Part shown: positions 10,216 through 19,296 of the stretch, one piece after another | Layout of the letters: each line of letters starts with the position of its first letter | Numbering within the stretch: the first letter of the stretch is position 1 | Source: Prevotella sp. | GTDB lineage: Bacteria > Bacteroidota > Bacteroidia > Bacteroidales > Bacteroidaceae | Direction: 5' to 3' | Length of the DNA stretch: 64,000 nt | Assembly: GCA_022782305.1 (NCBI GenBank) | Contig: JALFPC010000042.1 | Span: 5,990 to 69,989 of the forward strand | Translations under genes and position numbers: made by a program | Notes under the pieces: generated by a model | What the model saw: only the letters and a program-made list of their open reading frames with translations | Told to the model about the DNA's origin: nothing | Database searches by the model: none

Positions 10216-13041
10216 ATGAGCGAAGACAAGAATATATGCGTTTGGGGAGCCCGAGTTCACAATCTCAAGAATATAGATGTGACCATACCTCGCCATAGTC
10301 TCACGGTGATAACGGGACTGAGCGGTTCGGGCAAGTCGTCATTGGCTTTCGACACTATCTTTGCCGAGGGGCAGCGCAGGTATATAGAGACATTTTCTGC
10401 CTATGCCCGCAATTTTCTCGGAGGCATGGAAAGGCCTGATGTAGATAAGATAACGGGTCTGAGCCCTGTAATCAGCATAGAGCAGAAGACTACCAACAAA
10501 AATCCACGTTCCACCGTGGGCACCACCACAGAGATATATGATTTCCTGCGTCTTCTCTATGCACGTGCTGGCAAGGCCTACAGCTATGCCACAGGCGAAC
10601 CCATGGTCAAATATACCGAAGAGAAGATGCTACAATTGATTCTGGAAGATTATGACAATTGCCGCATCCTCATCCTCGCCCCTTTGGTCAAAAACCGCAA
10701 GGGCCACTACCGCGAACTCTTTGAGTCTCTTAGGCGCAAGGGTTATCTCAACGTGCGGGTAGACGGCGAGATAAAAGAGATTGTGCAGGGCATGAAGACC
10801 GATCGCTATAAGGTTCACGACATTGAGGTGGTCATAGACAAACTCAAGGTTAGCAGCAAAGACACAGAACGACTCAAGCGCAGTGTAGGCATTGCCATGA
10901 GTCAGGGCGGCGGCTTGGTAATGGTTGTCGATGCCGACAGTGGGCAGATCAAGCACTATTCGCGGCGTCTGATGTGCCCCACCACAGGTATATCATACAC
11001 CGATCCGGCCCCCAACACCTTCTCATTCAATTCGCCCCAGGGCGCATGCCAGAGATGCAAGGGTCTGGGCTATGTAAACGAGATAGACCTCGACAAGATC
11101 ATCCCCAATCGCAACGAAAGCATATACAATGGAGCCATCGTCCCACTGGGCAAGCACAAGAATACCATGATATTCTGGCAGATAGAATCCATACTGTCCA
11201 ATTATGAGTGTACCCTCAAGACCCCTGTCAAGGATATACCCGACGAGGCTCTCAACGAGGTTCTCTATGGCAGGCTTGAGAGTGTGCGCATCAGCAAGGA
11301 ACTGGTGCACACCTCGAGTGATTTCTTTTCCAATTATGATGGTGTGGTCAAATACCTTAAGAATATCATCGACAGCGACGACTCTGCCTCGGGTCAGAAA
11401 TGGGCAGACCAGTTTCTTGCCGTCAAGCCCTGTCCCGAATGCCATGGTCAGCGTCTGCACCGCGAAGCCCTCTCATACAGGATATGGAACAAGAATATCT
11501 CTGAGGTTGCAGACATGGACATCAGCGAACTGCGCACATGGATAGACGAGGCCGAGCATCATCTTGAGCCATGGCAGCGCACCATAGCCACAGAGATTCT
11601 GAAGGAACTGCGCACCCGCATCGACTTTCTGCTTGAAGTGGGACTCAACTATTTGTCTCTCAACCGCCAGTCGGCCAGTCTATCGGGAGGCGAGAGCCAA
11701 CGCATCAGGTTGGCCACACAGATAGGTTCTCAATTGGTCAACGTGCTTTATATCCTCGACGAACCGAGCATTGGTCTTCACCAGCGCGACAACGACCGCC
11801 TCATCTCGTCGCTCAAGCAACTCAGAGACATTGGCAACACGGTGATAGTGGTGGAGCACGACCAAGACATGATGGAAAATGCCGACTATATAGTAGACAT
11901 TGGTCCCCGTGCTGGCATCAATGGTGGCGAAGTGGTATTCCAGGGCACTCCCCGCGAGATGCTCTCGCATCAAACCATCACCAGTCAGTATCTCAATGGT
12001 CATCTAAAGATAGATATTCCTTCTGAGCGCCGCCCGGGCAATGGCAAGAGTTTATGGATACGTGGTGCCAGTGGCAACAACCTCAAGAATATAGATGTGG
12101 AGTTTCCACTTGGCAAACTAATAGTTGTTACGGGAGTGAGCGGTTCGGGCAAGTCTACCCTTATCAATGAAACCCTCCAACCTATCCTTAGTCAGCATTT
12201 CTATCGCTCTCTAAAGGCTCCCATGCCCTACTCTTCCATCGAAGGCATAGAGAATATAGACAAGGTGGTGAGCGTAGACCAGAGTCCGCTTGGCCGCACC
12301 CCGCGCTCCAATCCAGCCACTTATACTGGTGTCTTTGCCGATATTCGCAGTCTCTTTGTCAATCTGCCCGAGGCCAAGATCAGGGGCTACAAGCCAGGCC
12401 GGTTCTCATTCAATGTCAAGGGTGGCCGCTGCGAGGAGTGCGGAGGCAATGGCTACAAGTCTATAGAGATGAATTTTCTGCCCGACGTGCTGGTGCCCTG
12501 CGAAGTATGCCATGGCAAGCGTTATAACCGCGAGACCCTCGAGGTTAGATACAAGGGCAAGAGCATAGCCGATGTTCTCGACATGACCATCAATCAGGCC
12601 GTTGAGTTCTTTGATAATGTGCCCGACATTCTGCGTAAGATAAAGACCATTCAGGAGGTGGGTTTAGGTTATATCCGTCTTGGTCAGCCTTCCACCACCT
12701 TATCTGGTGGTGAGAGCCAGCGTGTCAAGTTGGCCACAGAGTTGAGCAAGCGCGACACGGGCAAGACTATGTATATCCTCGACGAGCCAACCACGGGTCT
12801 TCACTTCGAAGACATACGCATACTGATGGATGTGGTGGCCAAGCTTGTAGACCGTGGCAACAGCGTAGTTATCATCGAGCATAATCTCGATGTAATCAAA
12901 CTTGCCGACCATATCATCGACATGGGTCCGGAAGGAGGTCGCAATGGAGGCACACTGATGGTTTGTGGCACCCCTGAAGAGGTAGCCAAGAGTGGTCTTG
13001 GTTATACGTCTAAATATCTGCGCATGGCTTTGGGCCTGTAA
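10216..13041 (+). CDS. uvrA: Excinuclease ABC subunit A
   Basis: Two Walker A motifs ([16 protein letters not shown]), two LSGGE signatures, zinc fingers, 941 aa. Confidence 0.98.
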   Translation: MSEDKNICVWGARVHNLKNIDVTIPRHSLTVITGLSGSGKSSLAFDTIFAEGQRRYIETFSAYARNFLGGMERPDVDKITGLSPVISIEQKTTNKNPRSTVGTTTEIYDFLRLLYARAGKAYSYATGEPMVKYTEEKMLQLILEDYDNCRILILAPLVKNRKGHYRELFESLRRKGYLNVRVDGEIKEIVQGMKTDRYKVHDIEVVIDKLKVSSKDTERLKRSVGIAMSQGGGLVMVVDADSGQIKHYSRRLMCPTTGISYTDPAPNTFSFNSPQGACQRCKGLGYVNEIDLDKIIPNRNESIYNGAIVPLGKHKNTMIFWQIESILSNYECTLKTPVKDIPDEALNEVLYGRLESVRISKELVHTSSDFFSNYDGVVKYLKNIIDSDDSASGQKWADQFLAVKPCPECHGQRLHREALSYRIWNKNISEVADMDISELRTWIDEAEHHLEPWQRTIATEILKELRTRIDFLLEVGLNYLSLNRQSASLSGGESQRIRLATQIGSQLVNVLYILDEPSIGLHQRDNDRLISSLKQLRDIGNTVIVVEHDQDMMENADYIVDIGPRAGINGGEVVFQGTPREMLSHQTITSQYLNGHLKIDIPSERRPGNGKSLWIRGASGNNLKNIDVEFPLGKLIVVTGVSGSGKSTLINETLQPILSQHFYRSLKAPMPYSSIEGIENIDKVVSVDQSPLGRTPRSNPATYTGVFADIRSLFVNLPEAKIRGYKPGRFSFNVKGGRCEECGGNGYKSIEMNFLPDVLVPCEVCHGKRYNRETLEVRYKGKSIADVLDMTINQAVEFFDNVPDILRKIKTIQEVGLGYIRLGQPSTTLSGGESQRVKLATELSKRDTGKTMYILDEPTTGLHFEDIRILMDVVAKLVDRGNSVVIIEHNLDVIKLADHIIDMGPEGGRNGGTLMVCGTPEEVAKSGLGYTSKYLRMALGL

Positions 13042-16000
13042 TCGTTTCCAGTATCTCCACGGCCTGAGCCACGGTAGTCACATTGCTTACCACCATAGAC
13101 CTTTTGCCGTTGGCTTCGCGCAGATTGCACCTGCGTGGGTTTGATGCCACATACGATAGCATCATATCAAAGGTATTGCTTTGGTAGTATGCACTATTGT
13201 TGTTGCTTACAAGAATCATGGTCATGCGCCCCATCTTGAGCATGATTTTCTCGCATCCAAGAGATTTTGCCATGCGTCGCAACCTAACCACGCGCATGAG
13301 TTCCTCTCCCACCTCTGGCACAGGTCCAAACCTGTCTACGAGGCGCTTTCGGAATCGTTCCAGTTCATCATCGTCCTTGATATTATCCAGTTCGCGATAT
13401 AGCAGCATCCTTTCGCTATCTGTGGGCACATACTGGTCGGGGAAATACATCTCTATGTCGCTCTCCAGAGCGCAATCATCCACAAATCCCGACATATCGT
13501 CATCCTTAGTCATCTCATCATCGGCATACAGGTGGGCAAACTCGTCATTCTTGAGTTCTGCCACAGCCTGGTTAAGAATTTTCTGGTATGTCTCATATCC
13601 GAGGTCTGCAATAAATCCACTCTGCTCAGCTCCCAGCAGGTTGCCTGCACCTCTTATGTCGAGATCTTGCATAGCAATGTTGATGCCGCTGCCCAGGTCA
13701 GAGAAGGTCTCAATGGCTTCCAGTCTACGTCTCGACTCTTGGTTGAGAGCCGATAGTGGCGGAGCCAGCAGATAGCAGAAAGCCTTTTTATTTCCTCGTC
13801 CCACCCTACCTCTCATTTGGTGCAGGTCTGAGAGTCCGAAATAGTGTGCTCCATTGATTATTATTGTGTTGGCATTTGGAATGTCTATACCGTTTTCCAC
13901 TATGGTAGTAGAAAGGAGCACATCATAGTCATAATTGGCAAAATCCATTATCACCTTCTCCATGTCTTCGGGTTTCATCTGCCCATGGCCTATAGCCACA
14001 CGCGCATCGGGCACATATTTGGCTATCATCTCCTTGATGCGTTGCAGTTCACCTATTCTATTATTTACAAAAAACACCTGTCCGTTTCTGCTCATTTCAA
14101 AATTGATTGCTTCTGCAATGATGTCTGCACTGAAGGTGTGTACCTCTGTCTGTATGGGGTATCTGTTTGGTGGCGGTGTCTGTATTACGCTTAGATCTCG
14201 TGCACCTACGAGCGAAAACTGCAAAGTGCGTGGAATAGGAGTTGCCGACATTGTGAGCGTGTCCACATTCACTTTCATCTTACGCAGTTTCTCTTTTGTT
14301 GCCACTCCGAATTTCTGTTCCTCATCAATGATGAGCAGTCCGAGGTCTTTAAAGGCCACCTGCTTTCCCAGCATTTTCTGTGTACCTATGAGTATGTCTA
14401 TCTTACCCTCAGCCAGGTCTTTAACCAGTTGCGTTGTCTGCTTGGCTGTGCGTGCCCTGGTCATATATTCCACCGTCACGGGCATATTCTTGAGTCTCGA
14501 CGAGAATGTCTGGAAATGCTGATATGCAAGCACCGTGGTAGGCACGAGCACTGCCACCTGCTTTCCGTCGCATGCAGCCTTGAATGCCGCCCTCACAGCC
14601 ACTTCTGTCTTGCCGAATCCCACATCGCCGCATACGAGTCGGTCCATGGGCATACCTCGCTCCATGTCTGCCTTCACGTCGTTGGTGGCCTTGAGTTGGT
14701 CGGGAGTATCTTCATACAAGAAGCTGGCTTCCAGTTCGTGCTGTAGATAACTGTCGTGACTGAATGCAAACCCTCTCTGCTTTCGTCGTTGGGCATAGAG
14801 TTTTATCAGGTCGCGTGCTATATCCTTTATTTTCTTCTTTGTCTTCTCTTTGAGCCGTTCCCATTGTCCGGTGCCCAGATGGCTCAGCCGTGGCGGTTCG
14901 CCATTATCCTGGGCCTTATATTTGGCCACTTTATAGAGCGAGTGTATAGACACATATATAGAGTCGCCATTCAGATATGAAATCTTTATCATCTCCTGAT
15001 AGCCGTCGCCCTGCGGCATTCTCACGAGCCCTCCAAACTTGCCTATGCCATGATCTACATGCACCACATAATCGCCCACCTCAAACTGCCTTATTTCCTT
15101 CAGCGTGAGAGCCATCTTGCCCCCTCGTGCCTTTTCGGCCTTGAGATTAAAGTTGTGGAAACGGTCAAAGATCTGGTGGTCTGTCATCAGGCATATCTTC
15201 ATACTATTGTCTGCAAATCCCTCGTGCAGCGTAGGTGTGGCAAAGAGGCATGGTCGCATGGTTTTCCCTGCCAGTATCTCCTTGAGTCGGTCGTTTTGTT
15301 TGCTGCTGTCTGCCACCACTGCCACATCATAGCCTTTGAGTTGATAGTCTTCCACTGCCTTTATCAGCAGGTCGAAATTCTTGTGGAAGAGAGGTTGTGG
15401 TGTTATATCAAAGGATATGATTTTTTTGCCTTTTCGCTCGTTGCTGTCTTTGTATATCTCCATCTGCACCATGTCGGCCGTTTCTCTGAGAAACTGCATG
15501 CCGTTTACTATCGGCAGCACTCGGTGTGCATTCTGCTCCATCTCTCTTGCCTCCATCTCAGTGGCATCCTTCATCTGTTCAGCCACAGCCTGACGCGAAA
15601 ATCCCTCATTATATATATTGTCTATTGTTTCGGCCACAAACTGCATGCCACGTGTGATCACGATGGTGCCCTCGGGCATGAATGAGCATACCGAGTCCAT
15701 CTCTCCGTCTGCACTGCCTACGTCTCCCACTATCTCTGTCGCCTCCATTTTCTTCTGCGACAATTGTGTGTCCACTTCAAATTGTCGTATTGAGTCTATA
15801 TCATCTCCAAAGAAGTCTATGCGCACGGGCAGTTCGCTTCCGTATGAATAGATGTCGAGCAGGCTTCCCCTTCGTGCAAACTGTCCGGGTTCATATACAT
15901 AGTCCACCTCTGTAAGTCCCAGTTCCTTTAGTTTTGTGGCCATTTCGGTTATGTCGATGGTCATGCCCACCTTCATAGACACCCGTTTCTCGTTGAGTCT

Positions 16001-16426
16001 CCTTTGCGCCACCACTTTCTCTGCCACAGCCTCGGGATAACTCACTATCACCATCGGTCTCTGCAGGCTGAGCCCTGTGAGCACCTCCGTACGCATTATC
16101 TCATTGGCAGCATCCTTCTGTCCGTATTTGGCAGCGCGGCGGTATGATGAGGGGAAATACATTACTCTCTCCTCTCCCATCATCTTGGCCATATCATTAT
16201 ACATATATCCGGCTTCATCAGCATCATTCATAATCACCATCATCACTCTCTCTGTCTGCTTCATCAGGGCACTGATAACAACAGCCGCCGACGATGCTGC
16301 CAGTCCGCCCACTATCATGCGCTTCTCTCCCTTGACTATTGACTTGACAATGGTTTCCACCTGAGGAGTCTTCTCATACGACTCTACAAGTGCTTCTATC
16401 ACCGAATTATTATTATTGTTGCTCAT
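13010..16426 (-). CDS. mfd: Transcription-repair coupling factor
   Basis: UvrB-homology N-terminus, CarD-like VVHVDHGIG, GDVGFGKTE, DEEQKFGV, QMRGRVGR, DLDIRGAGNLLG. Confidence 0.97.
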   Translation of the reverse strand: MSNNNNNSVIEALVESYEKTPQVETIVKSIVKGEKRMIVGGLAASSAAVVISALMKQTERVMMVIMNDADEAGYMYNDMAKMMGEERVMYFPSSYRRAAKYGQKDAANEIMRTEVLTGLSLQRPMVIVSYPEAVAEKVVAQRRLNEKRVSMKVGMTIDITEMATKLKELGLTEVDYVYEPGQFARRGSLLDIYSYGSELPVRIDFFGDDIDSIRQFEVDTQLSQKKMEATEIVGDVGSADGEMDSVCSFMPEGTIVITRGMQFVAETIDNIYNEGFSRQAVAEQMKDATEMEAREMEQNAHRVLPIVNGMQFLRETADMVQMEIYKDSNERKGKKIISFDITPQPLFHKNFDLLIKAVEDYQLKGYDVAVVADSSKQNDRLKEILAGKTMRPCLFATPTLHEGFADNSMKICLMTDHQIFDRFHNFNLKAEKARGGKMALTLKEIRQFEVGDYVVHVDHGIGKFGGLVRMPQGDGYQEMIKISYLNGDSIYVSIHSLYKVAKYKAQDNGEPPRLSHLGTGQWERLKEKTKKKIKDIARDLIKLYAQRRKQRGFAFSHDSYLQHELEASFLYEDTPDQLKATNDVKADMERGMPMDRLVCGDVGFGKTEVAVRAAFKAACDGKQVAVLVPTTVLAYQHFQTFSSRLKNMPVTVEYMTRARTAKQTTQLVKDLAEGKIDILIGTQKMLGKQVAFKDLGLLIIDEEQKFGVATKEKLRKMKVNVDTLTMSATPIPRTLQFSLVGARDLSVIQTPPPNRYPIQTEVHTFSADIIAEAINFEMSRNGQVFFVNNRIGELQRIKEMIAKYVPDARVAIGHGQMKPEDMEKVIMDFANYDYDVLLSTTIVENGIDIPNANTIIINGAHYFGLSDLHQMRGRVGRGNKKAFCYLLAPPLSALNQESRRRLEAIETFSDLGSGINIAMQDLDIRGAGNLLGAEQSGFIADLGYETYQKILNQAVAELKNDEFAHLYADDEMTKDDDMSGFVDDCALESDIEMYFPDQYVPTDSERMLLYRELDNIKDDDELERFRKRLVDRFGPVPEVGEELMRVVRLRRMAKSLGCEKIMLKMGRMTMILVSNNNSAYYQSNTFDMMLSYVASNPRRCNLREANGKRSMVVSNVTTVAQAVEILETITGPKPCADI

Positions 16427-16752
16427 CTATTTGGTTAATTTGCGTGCAAAATTAGCAAAATAATCTCCAAATCACGCATGTCATCAATAAAAAAGAGCAT
16501 TATTCCACGGCAAAAGTGGCTACAGGCAGACATCCAAAACATTGTTTTAGTTAATTCTTACCATCATTTAACAATAATCATACCCGTTTTTGAGAGTGCC
16601 CAATGTTTGTTTTTTCCTTTTTATTCTCCACAAAGTCGTATTTGAGTCAAATATCATAAAAATATTCCAAAAAACATGATAACAATCCAAACAAAACTCA
16701 TAACTTTGTACGCGTTTTCAGTTAACAACCATTTAAACAACAAAAAAGAACT

Positions 16753-17328
16753 ATGAAAAAGATTATCATGATTGCTGCAGCAGCCCTGATGACTATGGGC
16801 GCCAGCGCACAGGTTTATGTAGGCGGAAGTCTGAGTTTTTCATCCAACAAGCCTGCTCATCTGGAAAACACAGATGTAGACACCAAGACCTCTTTCTCTA
16901 TCATCCCTGAGATTGGTTACAATCTGGATGAGAACTGGGCTGTAGGTATCGGTCTCGGCTATAGCCATTCTAAGGAAGGCGACATCAAGAAAGACAATTT
17001 CTCCATTGAGCCATATGCTCGCTACACATTTGCCAAGATTGGCAAGGTAGACCTCTTTGCTGAGGGTGTAGTTGGTTATGCTCACGTCAAGAACACCATT
17101 GAACTTAGCCAGAATACCTATAGAGACGATAAATCAGACACCTTCTATTTTGGTGTTCGCCCAGGTCTCAAGTTCAATGTCAACGAGAAACTGTCTCTCA
17201 TCTCACGCATTGGTTGGGTAGGATGGACTACAAATAAGCCTGATACAGATAACTATAAGGGTTCATCAGACTTTGAGATTTCTCTTGATGCCAGCAAAAT
17301 CTCATTCGGTGTAAACTACACATTCTAA
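16753..17328 (+). CDS. Outer-membrane beta-barrel protein (OmpA-like membrane domain)
   Basis: Signal peptide ending ASA-Q, PEIGYN, PYARY, C-terminal GVNYTF; promoter TAACTTTG at 16701-16708. Confidence 0.85.
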   Translation: MKKIIMIAAAALMTMGASAQVYVGGSLSFSSNKPAHLENTDVDTKTSFSIIPEIGYNLDENWAVGIGLGYSHSKEGDIKKDNFSIEPYARYTFAKIGKVDLFAEGVVGYAHVKNTIELSQNTYRDDKSDTFYFGVRPGLKFNVNEKLSLISRIGWVGWTTNKPDTDNYKGSSDFEISLDASKISFGVNYTF

Positions 17329-17370
17329 TCATACCTGAGCTAATTATTAGCTTCATTACAATACTATTTT

Positions 17371-17413
17371 CCAAACCTGGTCAGCACAACAGCTCTCCAG
17401 GTTTGGTTTTTTT
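17371..17413 (+). terminator. Intrinsic terminator of the OMP gene, possibly bidirectional
   Basis: CCAAACCTGG...CCAGGTTTGG followed by a T-run. Confidence 0.8.
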
Positions 17414-17414
17414 A

Positions 17415-17495
17415 TTATCGTTCTTAACATTCTTTTCGTTATTATCGTTCTTAACGTTATTATCGTTCTTGGCAATCTTGACAATCTTTGCGTTA
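17415..17495 (-). repeat. Nine-unit, 9-bp-period degenerate tandem array starting at the four-helix-bundle stop codon
   Basis: Minus strand: TAACGCAAA GATTGTCAA GATTGCCAA GAACGATAA TAACGTTAA GAACGATAA TAACGAAAA GAATGTTAA GAACGATAA. Confidence 0.9.
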
Positions 17496-18257
17496 TCTCT
17501 TTATTGTGATGCTTCGGCTGCCTGTGCACCCTGTCTCTGAGTATTTGCTGCAGCTCCAGAACGCATTGCCCTGGTTGCTGCCTCGCTTGGCATATCGTTT
17601 CACCATCGGCGCACCGCACTTCGGACACATCGGCGCACCCTCTTCCACGCTCTGCTGACGCTGCGTCTCGATGCGCTCCTTTGTCATGTTCTCGGCAAAG
17701 CCACCTGTCTGTTTGAATGTCGCAAGGCTGTTCTCTAAATAGCGCGTTATCATGCTGTTGACACGGGCGCAGAGAATCATCAGCGCATTGGCAGAACACG
17801 TCAGGTCGCCACTTTCTATCCATGGGTCGAAATGCTCTTTCTGCCTGAGCACATGCTCCATCATGTCGTGCATGATGTCTTCGCCATAGTGCGGCACATC
17901 GGGCTTCACCGCCCTCAGCTTGATGGCATCGGGGTCGTTGTTGCGCCAAGCCACTTGCTTGTTTGCCATGAGGATAAACGAGAAATCGTTGCTCAGCTCG
18001 TTGATGCTGGCGCGAGCCACGTCCACCAGCTTCATCTCTGTCTCTATCGAGGTCTGATGGCGCGATACACCTTCGGCTATATTGGCCTGTCCCGAACGAG
18101 CTGCCTGAGTCATCTGGTCGAACAACCTGCCGCAGGGGTCGTTCTTCTGATTCAGAAACCTTCGGCAGAAGCTGAATGTCCCCAGCTGTATGATGCTGGC
18201 AAGCACCCACATATCCATATACATATATCCGGCAGTAGAACCTATCTTGACTCCCAT
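17493..18257 (-). CDS. Four-helix-bundle protein (TIGR02436-like) with suffix domain (TIGR04258-like) and topoisomerase-type C4 zinc ribbon
   Basis: DQMTQAARSGQANIAEG, EMKLVDVARASINELSNDF, suffix FKQTGGFAENMTKER, CPKCGAPM...FWSCSKYSETGC. Confidence 0.88.
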   Translation of the reverse strand: MGVKIGSTAGYMYMDMWVLASIIQLGTFSFCRRFLNQKNDPCGRLFDQMTQAARSGQANIAEGVSRHQTSIETEMKLVDVARASINELSNDFSFILMANKQVAWRNNDPDAIKLRAVKPDVPHYGEDIMHDMMEHVLRQKEHFDPWIESGDLTCSANALMILCARVNSMITRYLENSLATFKQTGGFAENMTKERIETQRQQSVEEGAPMCPKCGAPMVKRYAKRGSNQGNAFWSCSKYSETGCTGSRSITIKR

Positions 18258-18332
18258 GATTGTCTTTGTCTTTTTATTGATTATGTTTATTTCATTATTT
18301 TGTTCTTGACGCTCTTCAAAAGTGCATCTCCG

Positions 18333-18565
18333 TCACACCGCTTCTAAGGTCAATAGCTTATTGCGATAGTACTCGTATTGTTGGCTTCCAACTCCGCTGT
18401 AAGCGTAGTTAGTTTATCTAAGAAATCGGCAATGAATACCTGAAACTCATCCAACTTATATGAAGCTTTTCCATCTGGACATAACTCCTTTATCATATTT
18501 TCTACTTTAGTCATGGGTTGCAGCGTTTTGATAATTTCGTCAATGTTAGAGCGCAATTGGTTCAA
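18333..18565 (-). pseudogene. hsdS: Collapsed type IC restriction-modification relic: hsdM C-terminal tail plus hsdS lacking its target-recognition domains
   Basis: NQLRSNIDEIIKTL resembles an HsdM tail. MTKVENMIKELCPDG (ATG 18514) resembles an HsdS N-terminus. IADFLDKLTTLTAELEA is followed, in another frame, by QYEYYRNKLLTLEAV* (HsdS conserved helix). Confidence 0.8.
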
Positions 18566-18569
18566 GAGG

Positions 18570-18577
18570 CAAATTTA
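18570..18577 (-). promoter_or_regulatory. -7 element (TAAATTTG) upstream of the hsd relic and four-helix-bundle gene
   Basis: Exact TAnnTTTG followed by C. Confidence 0.55.
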
Positions 18578-18919
18578 CTGATTTTTTATGAAATATAGAT
18601 GCTTTTGAGGGCAACACATCTAAATTATTATTATTATTTAAACCTTTCATGTTAACTATGACTATAAGGGTCATGGGGTACATTGGAGCATTGGGATACA
18701 TTGGGCATAGGGGCAGGAGTAAACATCGACGAGGTAAGACTATAAAGAGCAGGAGAAAGAAGAAAACAAAGAAAGAAACTTGCAAACTTGCAGGGGGGCC
18801 ACTTTTCCACAAGGGGGCGCGCGTACACTATAATAATAGAGAAGATGCCCCCACGGTGCAACTAATTTATGAAGCGATCAGAATTAGCCATGAGGTATTT
18901 CCCTATGAAGAGTGAGGCA

Positions 18920-18945
18920 GAGACCCATAGCGGTCTCCCTTTTTG
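18920..18945 (+). terminator. Putative intrinsic terminator with no credible upstream CDS
   Basis: GAGACC-CATAGC-GGTCTC followed by CCTTTTT. Confidence 0.5.
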
Positions 18946-18952
18946 TATGATC

Positions 18953-19136
18953 AGTTATTCTTAGGGTATAAGAATAGTTATTCTTAGGGTATTAGTATAG
19001 TTATTCTTAGGGTATTAGAATAGTTATTCTTAGGGTACAAGAATAGTTATTCTTGTGGTGCAAGAACAGTTATTCTTGTGATACAAGAACAGTTATTCTT
19101 GTGATGTAAGAACAGTTATTCTTGTGATGTAAGAAC
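18953..19136. repeat. 8 x 23-bp tandem array of internally palindromic units (AGTTATTCTT-N7-AAGAAY)
   Basis: Eight contiguous units counted directly; the central 7 nt change progressively from AGGGTAT to GTGATGT. Confidence 0.95.
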
Positions 19137-19218
19137 AACTATTGTTAGATCCCTCATTTTTTAAATCTTGGCAATAAAGAGAGTGACGCATTAGCATCTG
19201 CCTGACAAACAATAATAT

Positions 19219-19255
19219 AGGGCGTATCAATGGATAAAAACCATTGATACGCCCT
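19219..19255 (-). terminator. Perfect 15-bp hairpin downstream of fusA2
   Basis: AGGGCGTATCAATGG-ATAAAAA-CCATTGATACGCCCT. Confidence 0.75.
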
Positions 19256-19296
19256 GATTATTATTGTTAAAGATGGGTTCTATAAACCTAAAGAGA

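Noticed and set aside
17356-18210. 284-aa same-strand overlapping ORF
   Set aside because: It is an alternative frame of a GC3-rich gene with no recognisable motif, and its tail is just the translated 9-mer array.
17493-18257. Diversity-generating retroelement (Avd-like gene)
   Set aside because: No reverse transcriptase and no TR/VR pair with adenine-specific mismatches were seen.
18630-18657. dif-like site (TCATGTTAACT resembles a XerD arm)
   Set aside because: There is no convincing XerC arm at the 6-bp spacing, and an AT-rich chance match is likely.
18546-18915. Short ORFs (88, 88 and 69 aa) over the low-complexity tract
   Set aside because: They are translations of repeats (PMYPNAPMYPM, GYIGALGYIG) on both strands with no supporting signals.
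18953-19136. CRISPR or guide-RNA array
   Set aside because: The variable part is only 7 nt and related between neighbouring units; there are no unique spacers and no cas or effector nuclease gene in the window.
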